Shown in pieces: positions 37,365 to 47,571 of a stretch of 64,000 nt of DNA; positions within the stretch are counted from its first letter, which is position 1; the number at the start of each line of letters is the position of its first letter. The stretch lies in the NCBI GenBank assembly GCA_036303125.1, contig JAXJBE010000278.1:299-64298 (forward strand). The letters run 5' to 3'. A program made the position numbers and the translations under genes. A model generated the notes under the pieces. The model saw only the letters and a list, made by a program, of their open reading frames with translations. It ran no database searches and had not been told where the DNA came from. This stretch comes from Bacteroidaceae bacterium. Its GTDB lineage: Bacteria > Bacteroidota > Bacteroidia > Bacteroidales > Bacteroidaceae.

Positions 37365-38327
37365 CTATTCATCAGAGCCCTCAGACTGATAATTATTCAA
37401 TTTCTTACACAACAACAATATCATGCCCTGCACAAAAGGCATAAAAGAGAACACATTTGAATAATTGCCTATTCCGCCAGTATCTCCTTGACAATAGTCC
37501 ACAGTTCCATCTCTTCGAGTAGCCATCATCAATGCCTTTTCACACTTCCGTGCCGCCCTTAAGAAATCAACATTATTGGTCAGTTCATACGCTCGAACCA
37601 TCAATATACCTATCATAACCGTTCCTGAAGACTCCATTCTGGAACCATCCACAAACAAAAAAGAACCAAAACCGCCATGCTCCCTCTGCAATGGCAATAA
37701 CGACTTTGCCAATTTTATTATTCGTTCTGCATTTCCCTCTACCGCTACTGCCTCAACAAGAGCTAAAATATACCAACCGCAGCCACGACTCCAATCAAAC
37801 ACCCCCAGCGGAAGATTTTTCTTCAAATCAAAAGCATGAGCAGGATATAGACCATTCCACAAAGCCGCATCATATTCATCAATTTGTTTTTTAGCCCTTT
37901 CATTTCTATTTGTCAAATGAAGATAAGGCACAACCATCCCCAGTGTATCCACAAAACGGATATTGGGAACAGTTGAACGGTAAGGAATTGTCGCATTTGC
38001 AAATCTATCAACAAAATTCTCAACATTAGCAGGAGTCATAGACAAAGAGTATGCAAGCAACAAATGTTCTGGGTTCACATCCTCAGAAGGAACACTTTTA
38101 AGTTCAGAGCACATACGCATATAAGCCGGCACAGATATTTCACCTTGCAGTCCAAGCAATAAACCCGCTTGCTGCCATGCCATGACATTACAAGTGGAAC
38201 CCTTTATCTTTGGCGTATGCTCCAACCACACTATAGCTTTCTTTCTCACAGCCTGTTGCCAGAGGTCTCTATCGTTCCACCTGCCAATATGAATACGTCC
38301 CCACCAATCAAATAAATCTTGTACCAT
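37365..38327 (-). CDS. GH88/GH105-like (alpha/alpha)6-barrel protein with no signal peptide
   Basis: WSRGCGWYILALVEA, LQREHGGFGSFL, ESSGTVMIGILMVRAYE and DGTVDYCQGDTG parallel the Glyco_hydro_88 motifs also seen in the GH105 fragment at 63324-64000 (WSRGNGWVYAALVRA). Confidence 0.5.
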   Translation of the reverse strand: MVQDLFDWWGRIHIGRWNDRDLWQQAVRKKAIVWLEHTPKIKGSTCNVMAWQQAGLLLGLQGEISVPAYMRMCSELKSVPSEDVNPEHLLLAYSLSMTPANVENFVDRFANATIPYRSTVPNIRFVDTLGMVVPYLHLTNRNERAKKQIDEYDAALWNGLYPAHAFDLKKNLPLGVFDWSRGCGWYILALVEAVAVEGNAERIIKLAKSLLPLQREHGGFGSFLFVDGSRMESSGTVMIGILMVRAYELTNNVDFLRAARKCEKALMMATRRDGTVDYCQGDTGGIGNYSNVFSFMPFVQGMILLLCKKLNNYQSEGSDE

Positions 38328-38333
38328 CTTCTA

Positions 38334-39479
38334 TTACAAAATCAAATCATGAACACTATTTAATCTTGCCGTATATTCTGGAATGAAAGCGTTAAGATGA
38401 TTCCGAACAGAAGCCTCATTGTTCTGAAGCCATTTGAAAGCCTCCCAAAGGTCTTTCTCTTCTTTCAAAGATTGTACAGGAATCACATAATTTTTATCCG
38501 TCCCAAAGAGATCCTTTGCTATACCCCGTGCCTTTACGGAATATCCAACAACTAATGTAGGCACACATGTGCTATATGCTGCAATAGAGGCATGGGTTCT
38601 TGCGGTAACCATAAAACGGCAACGGGATATATACCCCTTCAACTCCTCACAATTATAGTCTTCAATCATACAAACTCGTCCTGAATCCTTAAACATATTA
38701 TACAAATGCCCCAAAGGCTTCCTGTCATCATTATGCGACCATACAACATGAGGAATAAGAGCCACATTCATGTCCGTATCAGATATAATGTACTCTATGA
38801 GTCGAATATAATTATTCAACGTAACTCCCTCACTTGTCTCACAGCCAATAATAAGAGGACTTACATTTATTCCTACTGTATTTCCTTCAACAAAGCCTTC
38901 AGGAAGTGGCAAACATTTCTTTTCAAGCACAAAGGCAGGGTCTGGCAACAATATCGTTTGCTTCAGTCCTTTTGCCACCAATGCCTCATACGTCAAAGAC
39001 TCACGAGCCCAAATCTTATAAAAGCCCTTAATGTCATCAAGCAACTGTCCACATAAAGAATCTGGTTCGACAGATGCCCCCCACAAGATTCTCTTCACTC
39101 CAGCCCCATCTATCATACGATTAACGAGATAAATGAAGTTGTTTGCTCCATAGCAATAATTATCACCACCAATGCTGAGGAAGTAGTCCGACTGTTTAGC
39201 TTCTTTGACTATATGCTGAAAGGTCAACTCATCTAAAGCATCAGACTGTCCTAACAAACGATATTTTACTACAGCCTTCAAATAACTCATACTCCAGCGA
39301 GTAATGGCTCGACCCGAATTATGCAAAGCACACACACTATCAAGTCCATACGACTTGTCTTGTTCAATATCATTAGAATACAAAGACAATTCTGCTTCAA
39401 CAAGTCGTTTAGAACTCCTTATTATTGCCTCACAACCATGGTTACCACTACCACCATGAGGGTATAATACCAGTTTCAT
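38334..39479 (-). CDS. Polysaccharide pyruvyl transferase family protein
   Basis: MKLVLYPHGGSGNHGCEAI N-terminus and the ...ARTHASIAAYSTCVPTLVVGYS motif of PF04230-type enzymes. Confidence 0.75.
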   Translation of the reverse strand: MKLVLYPHGGSGNHGCEAIIRSSKRLVEAELSLYSNDIEQDKSYGLDSVCALHNSGRAITRWSMSYLKAVVKYRLLGQSDALDELTFQHIVKEAKQSDYFLSIGGDNYCYGANNFIYLVNRMIDGAGVKRILWGASVEPDSLCGQLLDDIKGFYKIWARESLTYEALVAKGLKQTILLPDPAFVLEKKCLPLPEGFVEGNTVGINVSPLIIGCETSEGVTLNNYIRLIEYIISDTDMNVALIPHVVWSHNDDRKPLGHLYNMFKDSGRVCMIEDYNCEELKGYISRCRFMVTARTHASIAAYSTCVPTLVVGYSVKARGIAKDLFGTDKNYVIPVQSLKEEKDLWEAFKWLQNNEASVRNHLNAFIPEYTARLNSVHDLIL

Positions 39480-40402
39480 TTCCGAAAAACAAAATATAAC
39501 CTATGCACTATACAAAACTTTATCCACCACGAACAGTCAAAAACATGCTTATACGATTTCAAATCTCTAATTTCTGGTATAGAAAGAATCATCTTATTAG
39601 ATGCAGGAGTGGAAAGAATTCCATTATAAACAAATCCCCATAGACGATTATAGAGAAAACACTTGGACGTTTCACAGAGCAGATTCGTGTCCTGAAAGAA
39701 GGCTCTAAGGAACTGCCATTCCTCATAATCCTGCAAGAACTGATCAGGACGCGGTTTTGTTGAAAGAGTACTTCCATTGCCATATCTATAACAATATCCA
39801 GAATACTTCTTCTGAGCGATTTCTCCAATACAACGCATATAATTGTAGTTAAACCGGAGGTCTTCTCCATACGAACATCCGATAGGAAACTCTAAAGCAT
39901 TTTCGCGAATCACAGAAAGCCTATACCTCTTAGAGAATGGCGCAAACAACAGAAACTTATTATTCAGATCAATGAAATTTTCCATGCTGTCCACATCCCA
40001 ACCATATTTCAAATCTGTTCGTGGTTCGTAAACGGCACATGTATTATCTCGATGTATGTGCTTGACCCCTGTCACAAGTAGGTCGACTGAAGGTTCTGTG
40101 CTCAAATTCGACAAATAGTCAGCATCCACATAATCATCACTGTCAACAAATACCACATATTCACCCTTTGCCAATTCCAAGCCTCTATTTCTTGCGCAAG
40201 AAACACCAGAATTCTCTTGATGGACAACGTGCATTCTCGACTCTTTCTCAGCCCATTTATCGCAGAGTTCACCTGACCCATCACGGCTGCCATCATCGAC
40301 CAATATGCATTCCCAATCAGAATAGGATTGGGCAGCAATAGAAGACAGACAAATATCCAAATAATCTCGGACATTATAAACAGGGATTATTATCGAAATC
40401 AT
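39476..40402 (-). CDS. Glycosyltransferase family 2
   Basis: MISIIIPVYNVRDYLDICLSSIAAQSYSDWECILVDDGSRDGS ... FVDSDD. Confidence 0.85.
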   Translation of the reverse strand: MISIIIPVYNVRDYLDICLSSIAAQSYSDWECILVDDGSRDGSGELCDKWAEKESRMHVVHQENSGVSCARNRGLELAKGEYVVFVDSDDYVDADYLSNLSTEPSVDLLVTGVKHIHRDNTCAVYEPRTDLKYGWDVDSMENFIDLNNKFLLFAPFSKRYRLSVIRENALEFPIGCSYGEDLRFNYNYMRCIGEIAQKKYSGYCYRYGNGSTLSTKPRPDQFLQDYEEWQFLRAFFQDTNLLCETSKCFLYNRLWGFVYNGILSTPASNKMILSIPEIRDLKSYKHVFDCSWWIKFCIVHRLYFVFRK

Positions 40403-40969
40403 ATCACATATCCTCCTCCATATTCTTTAATCAATCTCTGCATTTCATCCCGTTTCTCCTCTGTTATGTTTCCTATTGTATAAGTCCAATCAAAACATGG
40501 GTAATGGTCCTTTTCCTGCATCTTTCTTTCTATAAAAGCATCATAAGTACCTACGACTCTTGCCGGGTTGCCTACGGCTACTGAATTTATCCGGTATGCT
40601 ACGAGACACTACACTGCCAGCACCAATCACAACTTTATTGCCAATGCGTATTCCTGGCAAGATTATGGAACCTGCTCCTATAAAAACATCGTCACCAATG
40701 CTTACGCACCCCAATCTTGTTTGGCCAAGCTCGCGCTTTGTGCTTGCATCATGCGCAAGGATATGAACACGTGGTGCAAGAGTAACTCTATCTCCGATTG
40801 ATATCAGCCAGCAATGGCCTGGATCTATTATACATTCCCCCATCACATGACAATCCTTACCCATCTTCAAACCATTTGAAATCGCAATATCCAACTGATT
40901 TCGATCATCAATATGAAGAATTTTATGTCTGATGAACGCTCTGATAAATATATAGATATTTGCAATCAT
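40399..40969 (-). pseudogene. Hexapeptide O-acetyltransferase interrupted by a +1 frameshift
   Basis: The frame reads ...GAGSVVSRSIPDK then nonsense to a stop at 40541. Deleting one A of the AAA at 40586-40588 restores IPDNSVAVGNPARVVGTYDAF...EYGGGYVI. That frame ends in TGA at 40401-40399, overlapping the next ATG as ATGA. Confidence 0.8.
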
Positions 40970-42084
40970 AATATTTGTTCTATCTCTTGCAACAACTGTT
41001 CTTTATTGAATCTACGCCCGCCCTCTGCTGCTTTTTTCTTATATTTGACATAAAGCGAAGCATCCATCAGCACACTTCTCATCGCTTCATATAATCCGTT
41101 CTCTGAATTCTCACACCGGATTCCATATTCACTATTCCCCAACAATTCATCCGTGCCAGAACAATCTGTACTAATCACGGGAGTTCCAATAATCAAAGAT
41201 TCTGTAATAACAGTACTAAACCCTTCCGCATACGAAGAACACACAAGCCAATCTGCATGTTTTATATATGGGTAAGGATTATCCTTATGCCCCCAGAACC
41301 GAACGTATTTCTGCATCGAGTTTGCCACTACAAAAGCCATCAACTCATCGCTACCTCCACCGCCTATTATGTTCATACTCATATTTAGACCTTCATTATG
41401 CAGCTTTAAGCATACACGCAACAATCTATCATATCCTTTGATTCCACAGATCCTGCCGACTGACAGAAACGACATCCCGTTTCTCAACAGGTCGACATCA
41501 TATTCATTTGATTTACGAACAATCCTTTCATCTTCTATTATGTTGTATTTCACCTCCAGATTAGTCACCCGTCCTACCCTTGCGAGAAAATTGTCACACA
41601 CACCTTTAGAGACTCCAACAACTGCATCAAACATGGAATAGACATTTCTATAACGTTCACGTTTTTCCCCCACGCTGTCTGCAAATCCTGCACCATAATG
41701 AAGCCAAGCCAATTTCCTCGACTTGTTGTTTGGCGAACATGACAAAAAAACAGTAGGAAGCCCCTCATAGAACGCAACCTCTGTGTCATAGCCTTTACCT
41801 ACGAACAATTGATGGAACCATTTATGAGGCAATCTGTTAAAAAGAAAATTAAACAAGATATATTTCCATTTCACAGAGTTGTCGACCATATACCTGTGAT
41901 GCACATCAGCAGAAAACATGTCGTCAAACTTTTCGTTGTAACCTTTATATACGCTTTCCTTAAAAACGGACAAAACAGTGACATCAAAATGTTCTTTATC
42001 CAATGCGTTAACCAAGTCTACAAGAACTCGTTCGGCACCACCTACAACAAAAGATTCTATAACAAACAGGACTTTCTTTCTCAT
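40966..42084 (-). CDS. Glycosyltransferase family 4
   Basis: KKVLFVIESFVVGGAERVLVDLVNALDKEHFDVTVLS. Paralog of 45424-46557 and 52433-53557. Confidence 0.8.
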   Translation of the reverse strand: MRKKVLFVIESFVVGGAERVLVDLVNALDKEHFDVTVLSVFKESVYKGYNEKFDDMFSADVHHRYMVDNSVKWKYILFNFLFNRLPHKWFHQLFVGKGYDTEVAFYEGLPTVFLSCSPNNKSRKLAWLHYGAGFADSVGEKRERYRNVYSMFDAVVGVSKGVCDNFLARVGRVTNLEVKYNIIEDERIVRKSNEYDVDLLRNGMSFLSVGRICGIKGYDRLLRVCLKLHNEGLNMSMNIIGGGGSDELMAFVVANSMQKYVRFWGHKDNPYPYIKHADWLVCSSYAEGFSTVITESLIIGTPVISTDCSGTDELLGNSEYGIRCENSENGLYEAMRSVLMDASLYVKYKKKAAEGGRRFNKEQLLQEIEQIL

Positions 42085-42188
42085 ACGCTATTTAAATAAT
42101 GAGAGATAAATATGTTCGCATCAAAATATTAATCCGCTACCCTTCCTATTTTCAAGAGACATCATCAGTTCTTGCAAGAACTATGGCC

Positions 42189-43220
42189 TCATCTTTGTTC
42201 CGTTAATCCGTGTTCACAAGGGGTAAACCTTCTGCACATCACCCTGTATGCCAACTTGTCATTCAGCAACAAAGAGCACAGACTTATCATCTTTATTCCG
42301 AAAGCATAGGAAGATGCCATGAAACCAATATCATTTACTCTTCTTAGGTCACTCATTATCATCCTAAATAAAAAGTAACGATGCTCCCCCCTCCCACGAA
42401 TTACTCCAGCTATCAAAAAACTAATAATCAAATCCGTGATATACCATTCAGCTGCCTTGTATACAGTGTTGCTTCTAACAAAGTCTATCATCTTTCCAAA
42501 CACAGTATGCATATATTTGACATTGTCCACATTATCAAGGCTCTGCATTATAGAGCATTCTCTTATTCTATAGAAATAGCTTACATAAGGAATCAGCACA
42601 AGACTATTTATGCTCATCGTTAACAGAAAAGACCATAAAGTATCCTCGTGTTTCAGCCCCTTACAAAAGTATAATCTGTTTTTCTCTATGATATCACGTT
42701 TTACAGCTTTGTTTACCGCCATTTCATACCATTTTCTGTCAAAATAAGACTTTCTCACATTTCGGCTACCCGTAAAAAGCACTTCTAAGTCAGAAAAAGG
42801 GAAAGACACATTGCTCTTTCCAAATGTCCTCATGTTCATACATACAACATCTGGACTATTATACTTTTCGATTGCATTATTGAACAAGAAGAGAGAATCG
42901 TCAGATATCACATCATCCGCATCCACAAACAAAACATAGCGGCCGCATGCCTCCTTTATACCAGAATTTCTGGCATCTGACAAACCTCCATTGGTCTTAT
43001 GGATACACTTAAAACGGTTATCTGACTGACAAAGCTCATCGCATATAGCACCTGAGGAATCCGTTGAACCGTCGTCAATCAACAGACACTCGTAATCTAT
43101 AAAACTTTGCTTCATAATAGAATGTAAACATTCCCTCAGAAATAGGTCAACATTATAAACTGGCACTATTATTGAAAACTGAGGATTTGTCTGTATGAGT
43201 TTTTGTTCTTTCTCTGACAT
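42189..43220 (-). CDS. Glycosyltransferase family 2
   Basis: FSIIVPVYNVDLFLRECLHSIMKQSFIDYECLLIDDGSTDSS ... FVDADD. Confidence 0.85.
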   Translation of the reverse strand: MSEKEQKLIQTNPQFSIIVPVYNVDLFLRECLHSIMKQSFIDYECLLIDDGSTDSSGAICDELCQSDNRFKCIHKTNGGLSDARNSGIKEACGRYVLFVDADDVISDDSLFLFNNAIEKYNSPDVVCMNMRTFGKSNVSFPFSDLEVLFTGSRNVRKSYFDRKWYEMAVNKAVKRDIIEKNRLYFCKGLKHEDTLWSFLLTMSINSLVLIPYVSYFYRIRECSIMQSLDNVDNVKYMHTVFGKMIDFVRSNTVYKAAEWYITDLIISFLIAGVIRGRGEHRYFLFRMIMSDLRRVNDIGFMASSYAFGIKMISLCSLLLNDKLAYRVMCRRFTPCEHGLTEQR

Positions 43221-43230
43221 ATCATTTATT

Positions 43231-44169
43231 TTATAAATTCCGACCCGAATAAAGAATAAATTGCCAACGGCGTCTCAGACTAACAATAAAACCAGGTGCT
43301 AACAACAACCACACATAAGGACTCTCACATCTCCTAATGTATCCATACTCTCCAGCCAAGCAACAACATGAGATAAACTGTATAACAGTATTGACTATCC
43401 AAGACGTTCCCTGAGTCAAAGAATCTCTTTTCGCCTTCCTGTATTTGTTTACCCTTAACTGGTTATTAAACAACATGGCATACCCCATTGGATTGCGTTT
43501 CAGGAGTGGCCATGAAGATTTGGTCAGCCCATCTTCTTGGTATTCGCAAATATAAGCAACTTTATCATACCAACGCAATATATATCCATCCATTGCCATT
43601 TTATCCCACACAACAGCCTCCGGAGTAAAAGTTTCCCCTCCCCAAACAGGAAAATGATATTTCTTCATTTTTTCCGTAAAGAAAACCTCTGCCATATCGG
43701 CTTGCAAATCATATTTGAATCTATCAATATTATTGCAATCCACATAGCCCATAGAAGGATCAATCTTGGGAGACTGACCAAGAGGTTTCCCGTCCTCACA
43801 ACCTCTCACACATGATATCCCAATAAAACTATCATTATTAGGCAATGTCTCAAATGCCTTTCTTATAAAAGATATGGAATCCGTTGTCAAATAGTCATCA
43901 GAATCAACAATAAAGAAATATTCCCCATGAGCTAACCCAAGAGCCTTATTGATAGCCCTTTGTTTTCCGCCATTCTCCACTTTATAGTAGAAAACAGGAA
44001 AGAGAAAATCCTCCTGTTTCCAATGATTAAAAAGTTCTGCTGTACCATCATTGCCACCATCATCTATAACTAACCACTCAAAGTCCTTGCAGTCTTGCTG
44101 TTTGAGCGAGTTGTATAGTCGAGGAAGCAGATGTGCCCTATTATACGTTGGAGTGAATATGGTTACCAT
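43231..44169 (-). CDS. Glycosyltransferase family 2
   Basis: MVTIFTPTYNRAHLLPRLYNSLKQQDCKDFEWLVIDDGGNDGT ... IVDSDD. Confidence 0.85.
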   Translation of the reverse strand: MVTIFTPTYNRAHLLPRLYNSLKQQDCKDFEWLVIDDGGNDGTAELFNHWKQEDFLFPVFYYKVENGGKQRAINKALGLAHGEYFFIVDSDDYLTTDSISFIRKAFETLPNNDSFIGISCVRGCEDGKPLGQSPKIDPSMGYVDCNNIDRFKYDLQADMAEVFFTEKMKKYHFPVWGGETFTPEAVVWDKMAMDGYILRWYDKVAYICEYQEDGLTKSSWPLLKRNPMGYAMLFNNQLRVNKYRKAKRDSLTQGTSWIVNTVIQFISCCCLAGEYGYIRRCESPYVWLLLAPGFIVSLRRRWQFILYSGRNL

Positions 44170-44421
44170 ACATACTACTTCTTTTTATTACATTTTACGA
44201 CAATACGTCCCTAAGTGTCAACAAACATTACCATGTGGTTTACGAGTTGCCCCCCTTGTTTACGGTTCCTAAATAACATGTTTATGACTCGTAAACAACC
44301 TGTATACAATTTCTCATATATTGTATGGCCAAGTATTCGTTGCCATATATTTTTCAGCCGAAGAGATGCAAGCAGGAAACTCAGAATATACAAAAGATGA
44401 AGGACGCATCATCACAATTAT

Positions 44422-45300
44422 TCAGACACCAATACTCAGCATATCTTTTATGTAATTCACTATATCGGGGTATCTATCCATATCGAACTTCCTGGCAAAC
44501 AAGCAATCGGAGGAACGAAGGAGTTCCTTATCCTTATCCTCCCCCCCCCATACATAAGGGCCTCCCCTATTCCAGTCTATAGCCCTCATACAACCATTGT
44601 ATTCATCATCCAAATCATAAATATTATCTTTGAATGGCGAGTCCCATAGCAATGTCTGTATAAAAAACTCATCACAACAGAAAGTGTGCTTGAAACGTTT
44701 AAACAGGAAATCTTTCTTGGACAAGAGATATCTACAGAACTCATCTGTGATACTTACCCAATTCGCTCCTTTTTTCAATTCCATATCCTCCCTGCGAATT
44801 ACCAATGCATTCACTATAGTTTCAAGCGCAATCCTGAGATTCTGGACAAGTACTCCTCGCGCACCTGTCTGCTTGTAATGTCTGGTGAGAAAGTGATACT
44901 GAAAAACACGATTCCTCATCTGTTCATGATTCATGTTTGTATAACCTACAAATTCTTTTCCATCGTTACGTTCAAAGAAATCATGAATATAGTCGTTTGT
45001 CTTTATTGGCAAGTCGTCGCCTGACAGGAGATGGTAGTATCGGTACCTCTCCGTATTTATTTTATATGCTGTTTCAAACAACAGCAGTTCTGTCTTCAGT
45101 TGGCTCACGTCACCCCAACGCGTATCAATCCTTTTATCCAAAATTATCAGACATGAACTTCTTGCTGAAAGGAACGGCAGCCGACCGACCTTCTTGTCCA
45201 CATGAACAAAGATGTCATTTCTCTTGTCATCAAGCAAACTTATGAGAGTCTGCAATTGATTAAACTTATGGTGGGCAATTATCAAGTATGCGTGTTTCAT
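44422..45300 (-). CDS. GT14 (core-2/I-branching type) glycosyltransferase
   Basis: MKHAYLIIAHHKFNQLQTLISLLDDKRNDIFVHVDKK, with the start moved to 45300. Confidence 0.7.
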   Translation of the reverse strand: MKHAYLIIAHHKFNQLQTLISLLDDKRNDIFVHVDKKVGRLPFLSARSSCLIILDKRIDTRWGDVSQLKTELLLFETAYKINTERYRYYHLLSGDDLPIKTNDYIHDFFERNDGKEFVGYTNMNHEQMRNRVFQYHFLTRHYKQTGARGVLVQNLRIALETIVNALVIRREDMELKKGANWVSITDEFCRYLLSKKDFLFKRFKHTFCCDEFFIQTLLWDSPFKDNIYDLDDEYNGCMRAIDWNRGGPYVWGGEDKDKELLRSSDCLFARKFDMDRYPDIVNYIKDMLSIGV

Positions 45301-45423
45301 AATGCTACTGAATCTTAAGAATCTATCTTTAATGAGTCCACTATTGATGGAAGCTTTTGGGTAATGCAGACAACGTCTGAACCTCACATCGCTGTAAAGC
45401 AGCTAACAACATTCCGTAGATTT

Positions 45424-46557
45424 CTATGGAATTCCAACCTGCAATACAGACTCTATCCTCTTCATCGCCATATCCAATCGGAACTCTTTGCCCCGTTCCA
45501 TGGCTCTTCTGCTCATTTTATCCAGCTCATCCCTGTGAGTGACAAGGTATTTCACACCATCAAACAAGGAATCCTCATTATTTTCAGTTACAATTCCACA
45601 ACCATTGTTCAACTGTTCTCGCACCCCCGACACTTCTGTGCTGACCACAGGCAAACCAAGTATCAAAGCCTCTGTGATAGCTGTACTAAAACCTTCTGAT
45701 ATAGAAGAACACACAAACAGATCACCCTGAACTAAATATTGATACGGATTAGATAAGAATCCGAAGAAAGTAACAACATCCTTCAGATTATTATTTGAAA
45801 CAAATTCTTGCATAGCCTCTTTCTCTGTACCATCCCCTAACAACCACAATTCAATGTCATAATCATCATTCCGGAGACGCTTGACAATAGATAGAAGCCT
45901 CATATAAGCCTTCTGTTTACTAAATCTTCCTACAGAGACTAACCTGCATGCATGACTACGAGGAATAATATATTTTTTCTGCTCTGAAAGTCCCAATATG
46001 CTTGCGCAATCAACAGGATTATATATGGTCTGTACAGGAACTGTTAAATTAAACTCTTGTTGTATGGCATCTTCAGCTGTTTTACTTACCACTACGATTG
46101 CATCATAACAATTATAAGCGTCCTCTTCTTCTTTATGACTATGAAACACTTCTTTTGTCCAATGAAACCGATGCAGGTCTATGTGAACCCATGCAACCTT
46201 ACGCGCCTTTTCATTTGTTGATGCCGCCATTAACTTTGTTGCAAACCCTTCCACAAAAGCAACTTCCACATCATTCCCTTTGGGGACAAACAACATGTAC
46301 ACCAACCACATTGGTAACCATTTATAGATCAAATGATGTTTGATTTTATATATAGCTCTTTCAATAGGTGATGAAGGAATATTCAAAAGAGCCTTATAAT
46401 TACAGCACTGCTTCACTTCGTCTTCATACCTACCGCCTCCGCTAACCACACATACGGTAACATCAAATTTACTCTTATCAAGATGCTGAACCAATGTGGC
46501 CAACACTTTCTCAGCCCCTCCACCAGCAAGAGATTCGACAAAAAATAACACTTTCAT
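45424..46557 (-). CDS. Glycosyltransferase family 4
   Basis: MKVLFFVESLAGGGAEKVLATLVQHLDKSKFDVTVCVV ... SSISEGFSTAITEALILGLPVVST. Confidence 0.8.
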   Translation of the reverse strand: MKVLFFVESLAGGGAEKVLATLVQHLDKSKFDVTVCVVSGGGRYEDEVKQCCNYKALLNIPSSPIERAIYKIKHHLIYKWLPMWLVYMLFVPKGNDVEVAFVEGFATKLMAASTNEKARKVAWVHIDLHRFHWTKEVFHSHKEEEDAYNCYDAIVVVSKTAEDAIQQEFNLTVPVQTIYNPVDCASILGLSEQKKYIIPRSHACRLVSVGRFSKQKAYMRLLSIVKRLRNDDYDIELWLLGDGTEKEAMQEFVSNNNLKDVVTFFGFLSNPYQYLVQGDLFVCSSISEGFSTAITEALILGLPVVSTEVSGVREQLNNGCGIVTENNEDSLFDGVKYLVTHRDELDKMSRRAMERGKEFRLDMAMKRIESVLQVGIP

Positions 46558-46598
46558 TCAAACAGAGTTCGTTCCGTTTTGCTATTCACAATACAATT

Positions 46599-47546
46599 TC
46601 ATTCCATCTCCTTTAATTTTTCGAACAGACCGTATTTTGTATAAACATCATTAATCTGTTTGTCATTCAACACTTCACCATTACAGTTCACATTACGTAA
46701 AGCAACGACCTGCACATTCGGATTTCCCTGTAACGGGATTTTCCCATAATGCTTCCATGCATATTTCACTTTCGTATCATTCATCAAAGACATGGCATTA
46801 AACCAGACATCATCAGCAAACTTACATATATTAAGAAAAACATCCTCGTTCAAAACTTCTGGATTAAATGAACATGGAGGATATAATACCCCACCAAAAC
46901 CTTCATAAAAAAGTCTTCCGCTTATCCTATCTACATTGCACCATACAGGCCAATCCAACAATGGCACATAATTATCCATTAAATCCATGGGCATTTCACG
47001 TACAAAATTAGCACAGATACAATCAGGATTTTCAAGATGGGAATTAACAAGACTTTCTAACATATCATAAGGATATATTATATCATCATCTATCGTTACA
47101 ATAGAGGCATTGGGGTATTTTTGCAATGCTGGCACCAATTTTGTATAAGAACGGACATCATGACAATACTCCACCTCCAATCCTCTTAGGGTTTGCCTTT
47201 GCAAAGTTATGGGAAGAGATTGTTTCTTATACTCTTCCGATATCCATAGAATTATCTTGTTTGGCTTGAGACTACCCTGCATTATTGACTCTATGGCAAC
47301 ATGAACGTCACTTATCCTTTTCCCATGAGTAGTCAATGACACTATCAGAGGTGAACTTCCATACAGTTCATCTACCACAGCTACATCAGTACAGTTGAGT
47401 GCCTTTTCCGTCAACTCGTCATATTTTAGTTTGTAATGTAAATCAGTAATCACATTTATCGTCTGACACTCCGTGATTGTCTTAACTGATTCAACTATTC
47501 CTTTTTGAAAATGCAGATACGACTTCAAATTTGCTATAAAACCCAT
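46599..47546 (-). CDS. Putative glycosyltransferase (DXD type, family not recognised)
   Basis: IVSLTTHGKRISDVHVAIESI ... IVTIDDDIIYP; no TM segments. Confidence 0.5.
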   Translation of the reverse strand: MGFIANLKSYLHFQKGIVESVKTITECQTINVITDLHYKLKYDELTEKALNCTDVAVVDELYGSSPLIVSLTTHGKRISDVHVAIESIMQGSLKPNKIILWISEEYKKQSLPITLQRQTLRGLEVEYCHDVRSYTKLVPALQKYPNASIVTIDDDIIYPYDMLESLVNSHLENPDCICANFVREMPMDLMDNYVPLLDWPVWCNVDRISGRLFYEGFGGVLYPPCSFNPEVLNEDVFLNICKFADDVWFNAMSLMNDTKVKYAWKHYGKIPLQGNPNVQVVALRNVNCNGEVLNDKQINDVYTKYGLFEKLKEME

Positions 47547-47571
47547 AACATCCGTCTATTTAATTATTTAA

